Origin: Lama guanicoe
Taxonomy: Eukaryota
Direction of reading: 5' to 3'
Assembly (NCBI GenBank): GCA_013239625.1
Contig: MU053934.1
Span: forward strand, 8,515,352-8,579,351
Length of the DNA stretch: 64,000 bases
Part shown: in pieces, positions 26,058-38,560 of the stretch
How the letters are laid out: each line of letters starts with the position of its first letter
Position numbering within the stretch: position 1 is the stretch's first letter
Made by a program: the position numbers and the translations under genes
Notes under the pieces: generated by a model
The model's input: only the letters and a program-made list of their open reading frames with translations
Told to the model about the DNA's origin: nothing
The model's database searches: none

Positions 26058-26533
26058 AGAAGCACTTCCTGCGCCGCTCCCGCTCGGGGGACGTCCTGGC
26101 CAAGAACCCGGTGGTGCGCTCCAAGAGCTACAACACGCCGCTGCTGAACCCCGTGGCCGAGCACGAGGCCGAGGGCGCGGCGGCCGGCGGTGCCAGCATC
26201 CGCAGGCACTCCGTCTCTGAGATGACGTCCTGCCCCGAGCCCCAGGGCTTCGCCGACACGCCCGGCCAGGGCCCCGCCGGGACCTTCAGATCCTCCCCGG
26301 CCCCCCAGTCGGGGCCCTGCCCCAGCAGACTGTATCCGCCGGCCCAGTCCCCCGAGCCCAGCCGAGGCCCGGCCCGCGGCTCCCCAGCCTCCTCCAGCCC
26401 CGAGAACCTGGTGGACCAGATCCTGGAATCTGTCGACTCAGATTCGGAAGGGATCTTCATTGACTTTGGCCGGGGCGCTGGCTCTGGCACGTCTGAGTTT
26501 GAGGGGGCCGGGGGCCGGCAGAGCATCGTGTGA
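26058..26533 (+). CDS. PRR5: PRR5 terminal coding exon 8
   Basis: tctgcag|; (E)KHFLRRSRSGDVLAKNPVVRSKSYNTP...VDSDSEGIFIDF...GRQSIV-TGA; joined CDS is 1170 nt = 389 aa with no internal stop. Confidence 0.96.
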
Positions 26534-26985
26534 GCGCCTCGTGTTTTACTGACCCCATGTGTCTGGTGCGTGAGTGTGGGAGTTTTCTACTCTGTCCCAT
26601 CCTGTCCCCCGTGGGCCTCAGCCACCTGGGCATGCCTGAGCCTTTGTGGGAAAAACCGTCGCTGCCCCGGGTCCAGCACCACTGTGTCCTGGGGCGTCTG
26701 CGTGCGGGGCTCGCTAGGTGCCCGGGGCAGCCTTGTGTGTGTGGAGCTGCCATAGCCGTCCCACCACCCTTGCCCGCCCCAGCCCTCCGATGTCCACACC
26801 TTGGAGACTGTGAATCCCTCAGCTTGGCCAGGCCCCCAGAGTGATGGGGTCGGTAGCAGACTGGCCTCTTCCCTCCTAACTCACCTCAGGCCACAGTGTG
26901 ACCTCCTGTGCGTGACTCTGTCCCAGACTCTCTGAGCGCCGTGTCTTCTCTTTGCCCAAGGTGGCCGTGGGCAGAGAGCAGGTGG

Positions 26986-26991
26986 AATAAA
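26986..26991 (+). terminator. PRR5: PRR5 polyadenylation signal AATAAA
   Basis: First AATAAA I find after the stop (about 450 nt downstream), followed by a short GU-rich element (gctgtgtctg, about 27013). Confidence 0.75.
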
Positions 26992-29900
26992 ACTTGTCTA
27001 CCTGGCCCCCAAGCTGTGTCTGCGATGCCAGGCCCCAAGGACATCCTCCCAGGGTCCTCACCCTCACGGGGGCCTCCCCTCCCCTCCCCCAGAGGGGGTA
27101 GGTTCCCAGGGCCAGCTCTGGGCTTCTGGCAGGAGCCTTCTGGGCTAGGTGGGGGACCCCAGACCCCCTTCCAAGTGCTCCCCTCTCGTGGAGTTAATAT
27201 TCTGTTGGAGGTGGGGAGGGGACGCCCTCTGAGCAGTAAAGGACAGACCCAGGGCGGGTGAGCAGCGTGACGGGGTGCTGGAGCCAGGTGGTCGGGGGAG
27301 GGAGGTGGACGCCCGGCGGGAAGCATCAGCCCCCAGTGCTCTGCAGGGCGAGTTGTCTGCGTGGACGAGGTTCTCCCGTCTCATGGGAGGAACGGGCCAG
27401 GAGCCCCGGCTCCAGCCCTGGGTGGAGTGTGGGGGCGGCAGGGTGGGAGCTCAGCCCTGTGGTCTGTGATGGGGAAACATACTGACTGCACAGGGCCTCA
27501 CGACCGCTCAGCGTTCAGAAGGTGCCCTGGAACAGTGTCCTGGAGAGAAGTAACCCCAGCCTCAGAGGAACCAGGTTTGGGGGGTGGGGACAAAGCCAGA
27601 AGTCTGTCCCTGGTCTGAGAATCAACAAGAATGCTGCCACTCAGCTCGACTGGTGGGGCTGAGATCCCTGACCCACCCCCCGTTCCCCTGCTCCCTTATG
27701 GAACCCGGGGAGGCCTGGGGCCAGCTCACCCTGGGAGGGTGACGGGGGAGGTGGGGAGCATTATCAGCAGGGTCCCCTTAAGGCAGAAGGACCAGGCAAA
27801 GGGTGGAAGTTGTGGCGGGGACCTGGCTAGCTGGGCTCTGCCTGCACCGAGGGGCTGGGCCCTGTTCTGCCCTCACCTTCAGATATTGGGGCTCCATTAT
27901 GAAGGTCTGAGCATCCCAGGCCCCTGTGGGCTGCTGGGCCTGGCCTGATCCCTGGGGACTCTGGTGGCACCTGCTGGCACATAGGCCCAGGACCAGGTGT
28001 GACCATTGTCCATGGGGCCCCTGAGCTCTGACAAATCCCTCCACCCTGGGGTGAAAGGAGGCCCCAGACACCAGCCAGCTGTGCCTCGCCTGCCATGGGG
28101 AGACTGCAGCCCAGGGAGGGTGGGTGCTGAGCCCGGGTCCCACAGCAGCTTTGGACACTCATTTGGGGCTTCTAGCTGGGGCTGCCCCTGCTCCCCAGAA
28201 AGGGGCAGACCCCTGAGGTGGGCCAAGCTTGTCCATGTGTTATACCCAACCTTGTCTGAAAAATGTTTGAGGTGATCTACATCAAAACGTTAAAATTGGT
28301 ATATCATAAATGAAAAATCAGGACTAGGGAACACACAAATTAAGATAGAAGGCCAGCTACTCCTGGTCTCCTGGTCCACAGAAGCTTTCACATACAGCCA
28401 TATGGGCCTTGGTGGAAGATGAAACCCAGGTGTTCCTCCAAGAACCAAACCTTACAGTGACGGTCACATCACTGACCATGTCTTCCTTTGGCCGCCAGGG
28501 AGCTCAGGCCAAGCCCCAAGCTAGCTGTGGTCAATGCCAACCTATGGCCCTATGTCTGCCCCACCAGCCTGCCTGCCTTCCACCCCCAAGGCATGGTCTC
28601 CTCTCCCCACCCTACACCCCACCTCCTGATTCTGCACCTAATTGCTTCATAGCACTTGTCACTCTGAAATCCAGGGGTGGAAACAGGGATCGTGGGGTCA
28701 GAATCGCATACAGCGCAGTTTGCATTAAGGGCAGAATGGAAAGAGACTGGAGAAACTCCCACACCTGCAAATTTACATCTGAACACGGGGCCGAGGGTCG
28801 TGGAGTGACTGGAGCAAGAGGAGCCCAGGGGTTTTAGCTTCATGAGCTCAGGAGAGACTTCCCCCCCTAGAGAAATGAGTTTGTTGTTAGCTTGTCTCCC
28901 CAGCCAGAAGGCAGCCCCGCGTGGCCAGGAGGCTCACCCGCCCCGCTCCCCCCGAGTCCTGGGCCACAGGCCAGTGCCAGCACGTGTTGGCTATTGGTTA
29001 ACTAAGGGTTGGTGTGGCCTGGGCTTCAGCCGGGGAATCCTCAGTGGAACATTGCGTGTGCATCTCCAGGGCTGGGGTTCCAAGGACCGGCTCACTGTTT
29101 TTGTCTTTTGTTGGTTTATTTGTTGTAGATTTTCCAGGGTGACCTCTCACCCCCTCACCTCTCAAATGCAGAGTCTCCGGCTGGCCCGCACCTGCTGCTG
29201 CTGGATCTGCATCCCGGCCAGACCCGGGGGTCCGCGGGCTGTGATCTGCTCCACACACCAGCTACGCTTGGGTTCCGAGGCGGCTGCTCCGAGGGTTGTC
29301 TGGACGGAAAGTCCCGCAGGCTAGTCAGTCAACAGCACTGCAGGCAAAACACACCAAAAAGCAGATGGTGGCTCACCTGCCCGTCCGTCCAGCCGCCTGC
29401 AGTGGGGGTGCTCGCGGTGAAACTCACATCCCCCGCCTCTGCTGGTACCAGGCCGAGGGCTGCTCACCCCGCGGGCTGGTCTTCATCCGAGGACAGCCGA
29501 CCCTCACTCCGAGGTCAGGGCGTGAGCACAGAGCTGGTGATCTTATCTGCGGGCAGCTCAGAGAATCTGAGGAGCTGCGGTCCAGACCCCGCAGCCCACC
29601 CACCTCTAGGGGCAGGAGGGACTCCAGACTCCCCTCTCCTGGGGTCACGTAAGCCCTATAGTGTCTGCTGGCTAGTTGTACCAGGCACTGTGTGGTCCCA
29701 TTGGTGAGGCTGCTGGCTGCCCCTTCCCACCGGAGGAGCTGGGACTCAGCCAGTTCAGTGTCCCCGGAGGCCTCCTCACCCTCCTGCCTGTGCCCACCAC
29801 CCCCGCCTGCCTAGGCTGCCTCTCTCCCCAGTCACTACAACGGCGTCCACGCCTGGCTCCTCCCGCAGGTCAGCACTACAGGCAAGAGCTCCCCTCCCAC

Positions 29901-32900
29901 TGCCCCTGCCTCGGGGGCCAGGGCGCGCTCTGCAGCCTGGATGGAAGGCCCTTATCAGGGAGAGCCTGTTGGCCTCCCCTACCTGGCTGCTCCTACACAC
30001 CATGCACATGCATGCACACCCACACGCTTGTGCACACGGCACATAGCTCACCTCCCAGAGGCCCTTTTCTGCTTCGTACCTGCTCCTGCCGATCCTTGAA
30101 GGTTCTCCCGACCAGCCGGCTGCCTGGCAAACACTCACTCAGGGTCCCCGACTGCAAAGTGCTCCCTGGTTTCCCTGCAGGGAGACTCAGCCGTGCTGTC
30201 CTGACCCCCTCCCCTCTGAACCGAGGGCCTGTCAGGTTCCCATGGCACCCTTGGGGCCCAGGAGACAGGAGGGTTAAATGAGACTTCCCTCCTGGAAGAG
30301 GACACAGGGCAGGGACAGCGGGTGACCGCAGCTTAGGACCCAAAGCCGGAGCAGTCCCTGCCTCGCCTCGCATTCTCCATAAATGGCCAGTGCGCCAGCT
30401 GGCAGTGGGGGTCAACAGGCCATCCTTGGGGGGCCCTGCTGGTGAGAGCTTCGCCTCCCCTCACCCAGCAAACATGCTTGTCACTCTCATTAGACACCGG
30501 TAGCCCTCTCAAGATCCTGCTCCGTCCACGCAGAGCAGAGAGAATTCTCTCTGTCTCTGTCTCTGTCTCCTGACAACGGTGCCCCTAAAGCCATCCAGGG
30601 CCCCCACCCCCTCAGCGTCTTTTTTTGCAGAAAAGTCCAGCTCTGTCCCTTTGGTCTTAAACTTTCATATCCAGGCCTGGAGGAGGCTATCATATCCTTC
30701 TTAACAAACAAAAGCCCTTTCAACCACCAGGCTCCACCTGCTTTCGAAGGCAAGAGAACTGTGTGTGGGAGGTCGCTTCTGGGACGGAGGAAGGAATTAT
30801 TTCCTGCCCCACCGGTACCGGCCTGCTGTTGCTCCGGGCCAGCACCTGGCCACAGAGTCCCCCTTCGTCACCTCCTCTAACCCCTTCTCCCCAGGGCTAG
30901 CTGCTACCATCAGTCCTATTTCACAGATGACAAGACTGAGGCCCCGCCGCTGTGAGAGGTGAAGCTGGACTCTGTCCCAGCCCTGTCCGACAGCAGGACT
31001 CTCGTTCTGAGCTTCACTCTGACCGCTGTTGGCCCTCTGGCCTGAGAGCATCCGGGGGCCGGAGTACCTGGGACTTGTGGCTGGGACCTGTGCTCAGAGG
31101 GTGCCCGCAGGTGTCTGCTGGATGAACTGAATCTCAGAGGAGCCTTTCAGAAGAAAGATCAGGCTGGATGTAGCTTACGTCTTTTCCCTTGAAAAAGATA
31201 AACCAAAATCATGTCATATTCTTAACTCCCCCCGCCCCCTCCTCTCGGCTACGATTTCCTTTCTCTGACCCCAGACTTCAGCTCCAGATGGCACTGATGT
31301 GCTCTGTGGCTTCATTCTTGGATGGGAAGTGGTACAAACGCAGGTTACACGTGGGTGTGGGGGCAGGGGACATACTGGCAGTAGCTGGTGTGTCCTAGAA
31401 GCACTGCAGGGTGCACCTTTGGCATGTCCCTACGTCTGCCCGCAGTCCTTGGACTGCCACCTGCCCCTGAACGGCTATCAGAGAATGTCTCTCCATGCCC
31501 CAGGGTCCCCACTTCCTTCCCAGCACCCCAAGGGGCTTCCTCAGTGCTGGGGATCCATCCTGGGTGCTGGTGTTAGGGGGCTGTCTGTCCCCCGGGCCTC
31601 ACTCAGCATCTGGGAGAACTTCTGGGGCCGCTCGCTGTCTGCCACCCCTGCCCCAACCTGGTTAGCCAGCCCCTTGTCCCTGGCATTGCCTGTGGGTGGG
31701 CTCAGTCCCCTGTCCCTCCCCAGGCCCCCTACATCTTGTGAACAACAGGGATCCTTTGGGCAGACAGAGAAAAGTGGGAACCTCTGGAATGATACGAAAT
31801 CACGCATTTTGGGGGTGACAAGTGGCCTGGAGGCCAACAAAGAAAGATGGGAAAAGGTGGGGATCTCCCGTGTCCGAATGTAACTTTTGCTCTCTATGCC
31901 TTCATTTCAATAAAATCAGCCTTGCAGATCAGAAGTACCCATCAGGCACCGACGCCATGACCCTTCCCATCCAGACTCAATAAGGACAAAAATCCCTCCT
32001 CCCCTCGGGAAGGTGGAGCTGGGTGATCAGGGAATAGGACCCCGAACCCTTCCCTCCCCAGTGAGTATTCTGCACATTCATTTTTACACCCCGTGTAACC
32101 AACTTGCCAAAGAGACTCAGGGCAGCTGCTCCCCTGGAGCCTGCCCGCTCTCCCCTTGGGAGCGTGCTCTCCAACACTTAATAAATCTTCACTCTGCTTT
32201 CTGGGCCTCCGTGTCTCTTCTCAGGGACAAGGGACAGGAACCTAATCACCGGCAACAGTTCCCGTCACTCAAACTTCTATCAGCACCGACAGCAGCCCCG
32301 TCCCAGGTATTTAACCTTGCAGCCACTGCAGCTCCCTCGTCTCCCCCCACTCCTGAGCTGCCTGTCTAGGCTGCCCTTTCTTGCATAATAAATTGCAGGG
32401 CCGCCTCCTCCCTTACAGTATAGGTCGCAGTGGCGTGCCTGGTCACCGTCTGGGCCCTGGGTTTATTCTGGGTAAACCCGCGGTCTGGCCCCCCGGGGCA
32501 GAGAGACTGGGAAGGTGGGGAATCCCAGTAGAGCAAGGGCATTTGAAAGGTGCAGGGTGTCAGAGGACACAACCACGTTCCACCCTGACGTCAAAAAGGC
32601 ATCAAGAACATGACCTGCTCAGCTGCAAGTCAAAAGGGTTTCAACAGTCAGGTCCAAACAACCCAGAAGACGTGGTGGAGCGTGCACACGGGTTCGACTC
32701 GGCTGGCAGTCAGTGCTAGCGACCAGATGCACTTGCTCTGAACTACGGGCCAGCGCACAGGATAGGAGGCCAGGGCGTCAGGAAATGCGGCCGGGGTTCC
32801 TGGCTTGGCTACACAGCCACCAGGAAAGCCTCCTACCTCACTGGGTCTCAGGCCCGGGCCCATAAGGGAGAGAGTTGGAACGTGGCCCTCCTGCCCGTGC

Positions 32901-34030
32901 CCACGCTTAGCAGGAAAACCTTAGTTTCATGGTTTTAATAAAATTCAAAGCAGACCAAATCTTGGCTCCAGCAGCTGGCAGGGAGAGTTAATTTGGGAGA
33001 AAACAAATGAGAAGCCCAAGGCTGGATGGGCTGTGGGGGCGGGTCTTTATTTCCTCCTTTCTTCGCGCTCCCATCCCCCAGTGCTTATTAACGTGGAATT
33101 TGCTGCTTGGGGGAGAAGCAACTCTCCGACTTCATAAACATTTGCACGGAGCAAATTTAATAAAGCCGGGAATAATACCATTCAGATGTAATTCCTTCAT
33201 TTTGCATTATTATTCTTGCTTTGCTACCGCAAAGCGCTTGAAATGCAAGGAGTTATTGTTACAGCAACAAAAGGAAATGACTGACTGGTGGGTTACTGAT
33301 TAGACGTGCTTGGGGAAAAACAGAAGAAAGTCCCTAAAAGGGAGCCGGCCTGGGTCTCACAGTTCCTTTTTAACTTTTTTTCCTTTTATTATGAATGGCA
33401 GGATACACCTGCAATTTTTTCCCCTACAATCATTCTGCATTATTGCTTTATTTGTACCTATTTTAATACCACTAAGCTATGGTCATGGAATTTGTATGAG
33501 ATTTTCGCAAAACACAAATGCGAGGAGGGTGGCCTTCCCCTGACATCTTGTAGTACCTTGAAATTAACGCTGCCAGCCGCAGACCAACCGGGGGCTGTTT
33601 TATTTCTGTTCAAAGTCAATTTTTGAAACAGAAAACCTGCAAATTGTCCGGCTTTCATGAGACTGATCTTACACTGGGAATAAAAAAAGATGTTTACATT
33701 CCAGAAAAGGAAAAGAGAACCCAGCACAAAGCACTAGACAAACCCAGCCAGTGTGTGAGTCACTGGCATGAGTTTTGTCCTAGAAATAGGCCCCCTTCCT
33801 GATCCAGCCTCGGGCTCAGATCTGCGGGGCTTAGAGGTCAGACAGTTCCGTCCGCTTTCTCACCACCCATGTCCTTCGGGATCAAGGAAAGTTCAGATAC
33901 TAATAAGTTGCAAGGGTGCTGTGTGAGGTGAACAGGCCCACGTGCTAGGATGGTTACAAATTCTTTGCACAGAAAAAGGCAACTGCATGGGTGACGATAG
34001 GGAGAAACTGAGGCCATTCATACACTCGTA

Positions 34031-34165
34031 TTTTTTGTTTTTTGGGTTTTTTTTCAGGGGGCAGTAATCAGGTTTATTTATTTTAACAGGGACACTGGAG
34101 ATTGAACCCAGGACCTCGTGCATGCTAAGCACACGCTCTATTACTGAGCTACACCCTCCACTCCC
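34031..34165 (-). mobile_element. tRNA-Ala-derived SINE (Vic-1-like, camelid)
   Basis: Reverse strand reads gggtgtagctcagtaatagagcgtgtgcttagcatgcacgaggtcctgggttcaatctcc (A box, B box), followed by an A-rich tail. Confidence 0.85.
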
Positions 34166-35479
34166 ATTCATTCATATTAACTGGGGACAGTGCCTACTCA
34201 ATACTGGGCACAGGGCTAGGCTCTGGGGATACCTCAGTGAGCAATAGTCTCCTGGTGCTGGCCTGAAGTAGAAGGGTGACAACTAATGTTTAGTGCCAGG
34301 CAGTGGTCCCCATTCATACTAAACCATATTCATTTATTTCATGGTCACCATTAGCACAACTGGTGTGAAGCTGACTGTCTTGACTATGGGCTCACTACGG
34401 CCCCCTGAAGGCCTGCATGACTGGCTTAGGCCCAGTTACTTCCAGAGCTTGAACCAGCTGCTGGAGCAGTGGAGCGGTATTACACCGACTGGCCTGTGCA
34501 ATCAGACCTCATCTCTAGAAATGGGGAGGGGCCAATACATCTGACTGTCCTAGCTGCTGTACACTGGCCACCAGGGACCACAGAGCCTGCCACACATGAC
34601 CTCAGAGCTGACAGCAGCCACACCACCCACCACGCAAGGCAGCCCGGGATTGTGGGGCTGTTCTCACCCCCACCCTCCCCCCCACCCCGAGCAGGGGGGA
34701 GAAGGGGGAGGGGCACTTGAGCAGGGACAAGACAGGATCTCAGGAAAGGATTCCCCTCGCTGCTGTGTTGACACAGATGGAAGGGGGCGAGGGCAGAAGC
34801 AAGGAGATGGCTTCGGAGGCTGCTGCACTGAGCCACGAGAGATGTTGGCCTGGACCGCGTGGGCCAGTGCGGGTGGAGAAAGTGGAGGCATTGTGACACA
34901 TTTTGAAGGAAGAGCTATCACGCTTGCGGAGCACTGAGGGACCACGTACGGGTGTGAGAGAATGGGGGAGTCAAGGATGGCCCCGCAGGCTTGGATGGGG
35001 CTGGTGGAGATGGACATGGGAAGCCCAGGAGAAGAGCCGACGTTGAAGTGCAGACCTTGAGCTGCCTGCCAAGATCTCCCTGTGGAGACAGCAGGTGGGC
35101 AGTCGGAGGCAGGGGTCTGGAGTCAGGAGACATTAGCTGGGTACCATCAGGGCATAGGCTGTATTGAAAGCAGGAGGCTGGGGAGTGATTACAGAAGGGA
35201 AGAGGTGCAGTCCCAGCCCTGGAACGTGTCCTTCAGAAACCAGGGAGATGGGGGGAGACTGAGAGCTGCACCAGAGAAGGGGGCGTGATTGACAAGGGGT
35301 CTGATGGAAATCCACCCTTAGAACCCCACTTCCTGAGCAGCTCTCCGGATTGGAATGTGACCATATCGGAGGACCCGCCATCTGCTTGCCTGGGGCTCGG
35401 GGCAGTCAATGGCACCTCCAAGGGTAACTGGGCCCCAGCCAGGGCCTTCCTGATTATATGACCCCTGCCTCAGGGCTGG

Positions 35480-35870
35480 GGCAGTGACTGCGCACACGCG
35501 CAGAAATGCAGCACCGGCCCCGAATGTCGGGGCCGGTGCTGCAGGAAAACAGCGCCGGAGGGGTAACGCGCGGGGCGGGGCGAGGGGCGGGGCCTGCGCG
35601 GGAGCCACGTCCGGGGCGGGGCCAGGTGAGGCGCGGGCCGAGCGGAGCCCAGGTGAGGAGCCGGCCGGGCCGGAGCCAGGTAGGGCCCGGGGTTCGCGGG
35701 AGGGAGCCCGCCTGTACCCGGGTGGGAACGCAGAGCGGGTTCTGAGGTTGGGCCCATTGCTCAGGTGGACACGCCGAGGCGGGGCGCGGCGTCAGGCGAC
35801 GCGGTGCGATGACCGGCGGGGACCCGAGTGCCCGCGCTCGCCCCGGCCCGGCCCCTCCCCCTCCCCATTT
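35480..35870 (+). promoter_or_regulatory. ARHGAP8: CpG island promoter of ARHGAP8
   Basis: Dense CpG, tandem GC boxes ggggcgggg (about 35572-35621) and strong splice donors just downstream; lies upstream of the ARHGAP8 coding exons. Confidence 0.8.
35600..35679 (+). other. ARHGAP8: Probable non-coding first exon of ARHGAP8 (5' end and donor choice uncertain)
   Basis: Inside the CpG island; candidate donors CAG|gtgagg (GT 35626, 35653) and CAG|gtaggg (GT 35680); no ATG. Confidence 0.55.
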
Positions 35871-37089
35871 TGCAAAAGCGCCCTTCTCTCCCTCCTCCCA
35901 CTCCTCCCGCTCCTCCCCTCCCCCTTACCCCTGCCCCTGCTCCCTGCCCCCTCCTTGCACCCCCGTCCCCTCCCTTTCTGCTCCCTCCCTTTTCCCGCGT
36001 TTTCGCGTTTTGGTTTGGGCTCAGCCCAGGCTTTTGCCGGCCGCCCATTTCCCTCCTCTAATTCGGGGTCTCCAATCCGGCCGACACATCAGCTCCCTCA
36101 CTCCGAACCTGGGAGGCGGGAGGCATCGTCCCGCTTCACAGATGTGAAAACTGAGGCACAGCAGGTGCTGCGCTCACTCAGAGTTTCTGGCTGCGGGCGC
36201 TGGCCCGTTTATCACCAAGACCAAATATGCCGAAAACTTAAATCCGGAGGCTAATCAACCTCCAGAATCGCTTGTTAGGGGAGAGGCCCTGACTGCTTTC
36301 ACTTTTCCCCAAACCTGGCATGGGGCCACTGTCAACAGCACGGGCTTGAGGGTTGCCCAGGGCCTGGCAGGTGTGTGAAGAGTGGCAGCTCAGGCCCCTG
36401 GAGAGGCAAGCAGGGTGTGAGGGGAGGAATTCCTGAGTCCTTATTTGGCCAAGTTGGGAGGGTGGGGACTGGGCCTTGGCTGTCTGGTGGTGCAGACTTC
36501 AAAGTTTTGTGTGAGAGGTTGTGTGGATTCCAGAGAGCACGGCGCTGCTTGTCCGTGAAGTGTGGTGTTGACGTTTGTCTGGGTGAGAATGCAAAACCTG
36601 AGACTCAGCAGTAAATATCCTTTGGTCGGTCTCTGTTGGTGATTTTAGGGTCTTGTTTATGAGTTTCTCCTTTAACGCAATGACTATTTCTCAAACTAAC
36701 ACCAGGGCAGGGGCCAAGGGGTGAAGAGGGACGCGGGGCACCACCTGAGTCCAGCTAGTCCTTGAGGACAGCCCCCTCCCCAGACCCTGCCCACAGAGGA
36801 CCCAGAGTCTAGCCTTTGTGTGACAGAAGGAAACTAGGGGCTTATAGGAGATCAGGGACAGCTTCTTGGAGGAGACGACCATTGAGCTGGAGGATGGATG
36901 AGAGATAGGCGGAGGAGGTGTGGCACGCTGAGGTCACACACAGGCTGGTTGGCATAGTTGGCTGGTTGGGGATAAACCACCTGTGAGGTGGGGTTGGAAA
37001 TGCCTGTAGAGTACCTGACAGGTGGAGCCGGTAGGAATTTACCTGGACTCAATGACTTGAGTCATTGAAATGCAACCTCAGTGAGATTT

Positions 37090-37305
37090 TTGTTATATTT
37101 ATTTATTTATTTTTTAGATTCCACATAAAAGTGAAATCATATGGTATTTGTCTTTCTTTGTCCGACTTACTTCACTAAGCATAATAATACCCTCCAGGTC
37201 CAATCATGTTTTTCCAAATAGCAAATTTCGTTCTTTTTATGGCTGAGTGATATTCCATTGTATGTACAAACCACATCTTTATCCACTCATCTGTTGATGG
37301 GTACT
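37090..37305 (-). mobile_element. L1 3' end fragment
   Basis: ttttagattccacataaaagtgaaatcatatggtatttgtctttc...ttttatggctgagtgatattccattgtatg. Confidence 0.8.
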
Positions 37306-38399
37306 ACAGGGAGATGTCTTGAGGTCTGGAAACTTGACTAAACATCTCACAGACACACGCGTCTCCCTGACAAGCTAGTTCCAGCTGACTTGGTGGGGGG
37401 CATGCCGTAGCAGGTGGCTTCTGTTAAAGAGAGGACAGCAAGAGCTCAGGCCACCGTGGAGGTGCCGAGGTGCAGATCCGTTCCCTGATTTTGCCCTCTT
37501 TCACTGATGGGGAAACAGACAGGCAGCAGGAGGGTGAGAGCCGCAGGAAGAGTCAGAGACTTGAGCAGGTCACTTTCTCTCTTGGGGACTCAGCTTCCTG
37601 ACCTGTTAAGTGACCTTCTTGGCTGTACTTCCCCCAAAGGGTCATGGTCACCTTTGCTAATGGCTCTCAGGCTCCAACTGCACAACTGGTTGCCTCGTTC
37701 CTCTCTCCCGCCATCCTCGTGAGGCAGGAACTGTTATTGTCCCCTTTTACAGATAAGGAAACTGAAGCAGGGAGCTTTAGGTGACTTTCCGAAGTCACAC
37801 GGCCAGTGAGTGGAGAGCCGCAGTGTCCACACCCTCCCCACCGGCACTGAGGTCTGCCTCCTGGGTGGAGACATTCCAAGCCTGCCAGTGACTGCCTTCA
37901 GATCTCTGTGAAGTTAGCATGTCGATATAGAAATGTCTAGAGGTTTTTTTCAGACCAATTTTTCAACTTTTCCCTCAATCCTTTGATTAAAATTGGTGCT
38001 CAAAGAAGATGTGCCCCACGCATCCAGAGCTTCGAGGCCTCCCGGCGTGCCTTTGAGGGTCCCCTTCTGGCCCAAGCACTGTGGGAGTAGGGATGGCCTC
38101 AGAGATGCTGTGTGGGGCTCAGCTGCAGGCAGACGCGATGCTCCCGGGTCCTGCCCCAGCCACCTTCATGTGCGGCTTCTGGAGCTGCTGGCAGCTGGAC
38201 CTGGCCACTGTCCAGGTTACTGGGTCCCTGAAAGGCAGGAGACCTGGCTGAGTCAGGTCCCTGTTGTCTCACCTCTCAGGCAGGCATCGCAAGCAGCAGG
38301 TGGTCCTGAGGCGCAGAGGAAATAACGTGGGTGCTCAGTGCAGGCCGAGCCGTGCGCGGGTTAACAGCTGATACTGGAGCCTGACTCCCCGACCCAGCC

Positions 38400-38560
38400 A
38401 GGATCCTGGCATGTGACTTTGAATTGCTGACCCGAGTTACTCTGTGCCTCAGTTTCCCCATCTGTAAAATATGAACAATGTTATCTCCTATCATAGGGTT
38501 ATTGGGAGAAACAAATGAGTTAATTTGCATAAAGAGCCTAAAACAGGCTGTGGCACCTTT
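38400..38560. mobile_element. MIR SINE
   Basis: ctctgtgcctcagtttccccatctgtaaaat...atagggttattgggag MIR core. Confidence 0.7.

Noticed and set aside
34085..34160. Possible functional tRNA-Ala gene
   Set aside because: Acceptor stem and D-loop are mutated, it carries an A-rich SINE tail, and related copies are dispersed nearby; it is a SINE, not a tRNA gene.
35484..36254. 256-aa ORF across the ARHGAP8 CpG island
   Set aside because: Starts at GTG; the lack of stops is explained by CpG-island composition, and it runs through splice donors and a MIR-like fragment.
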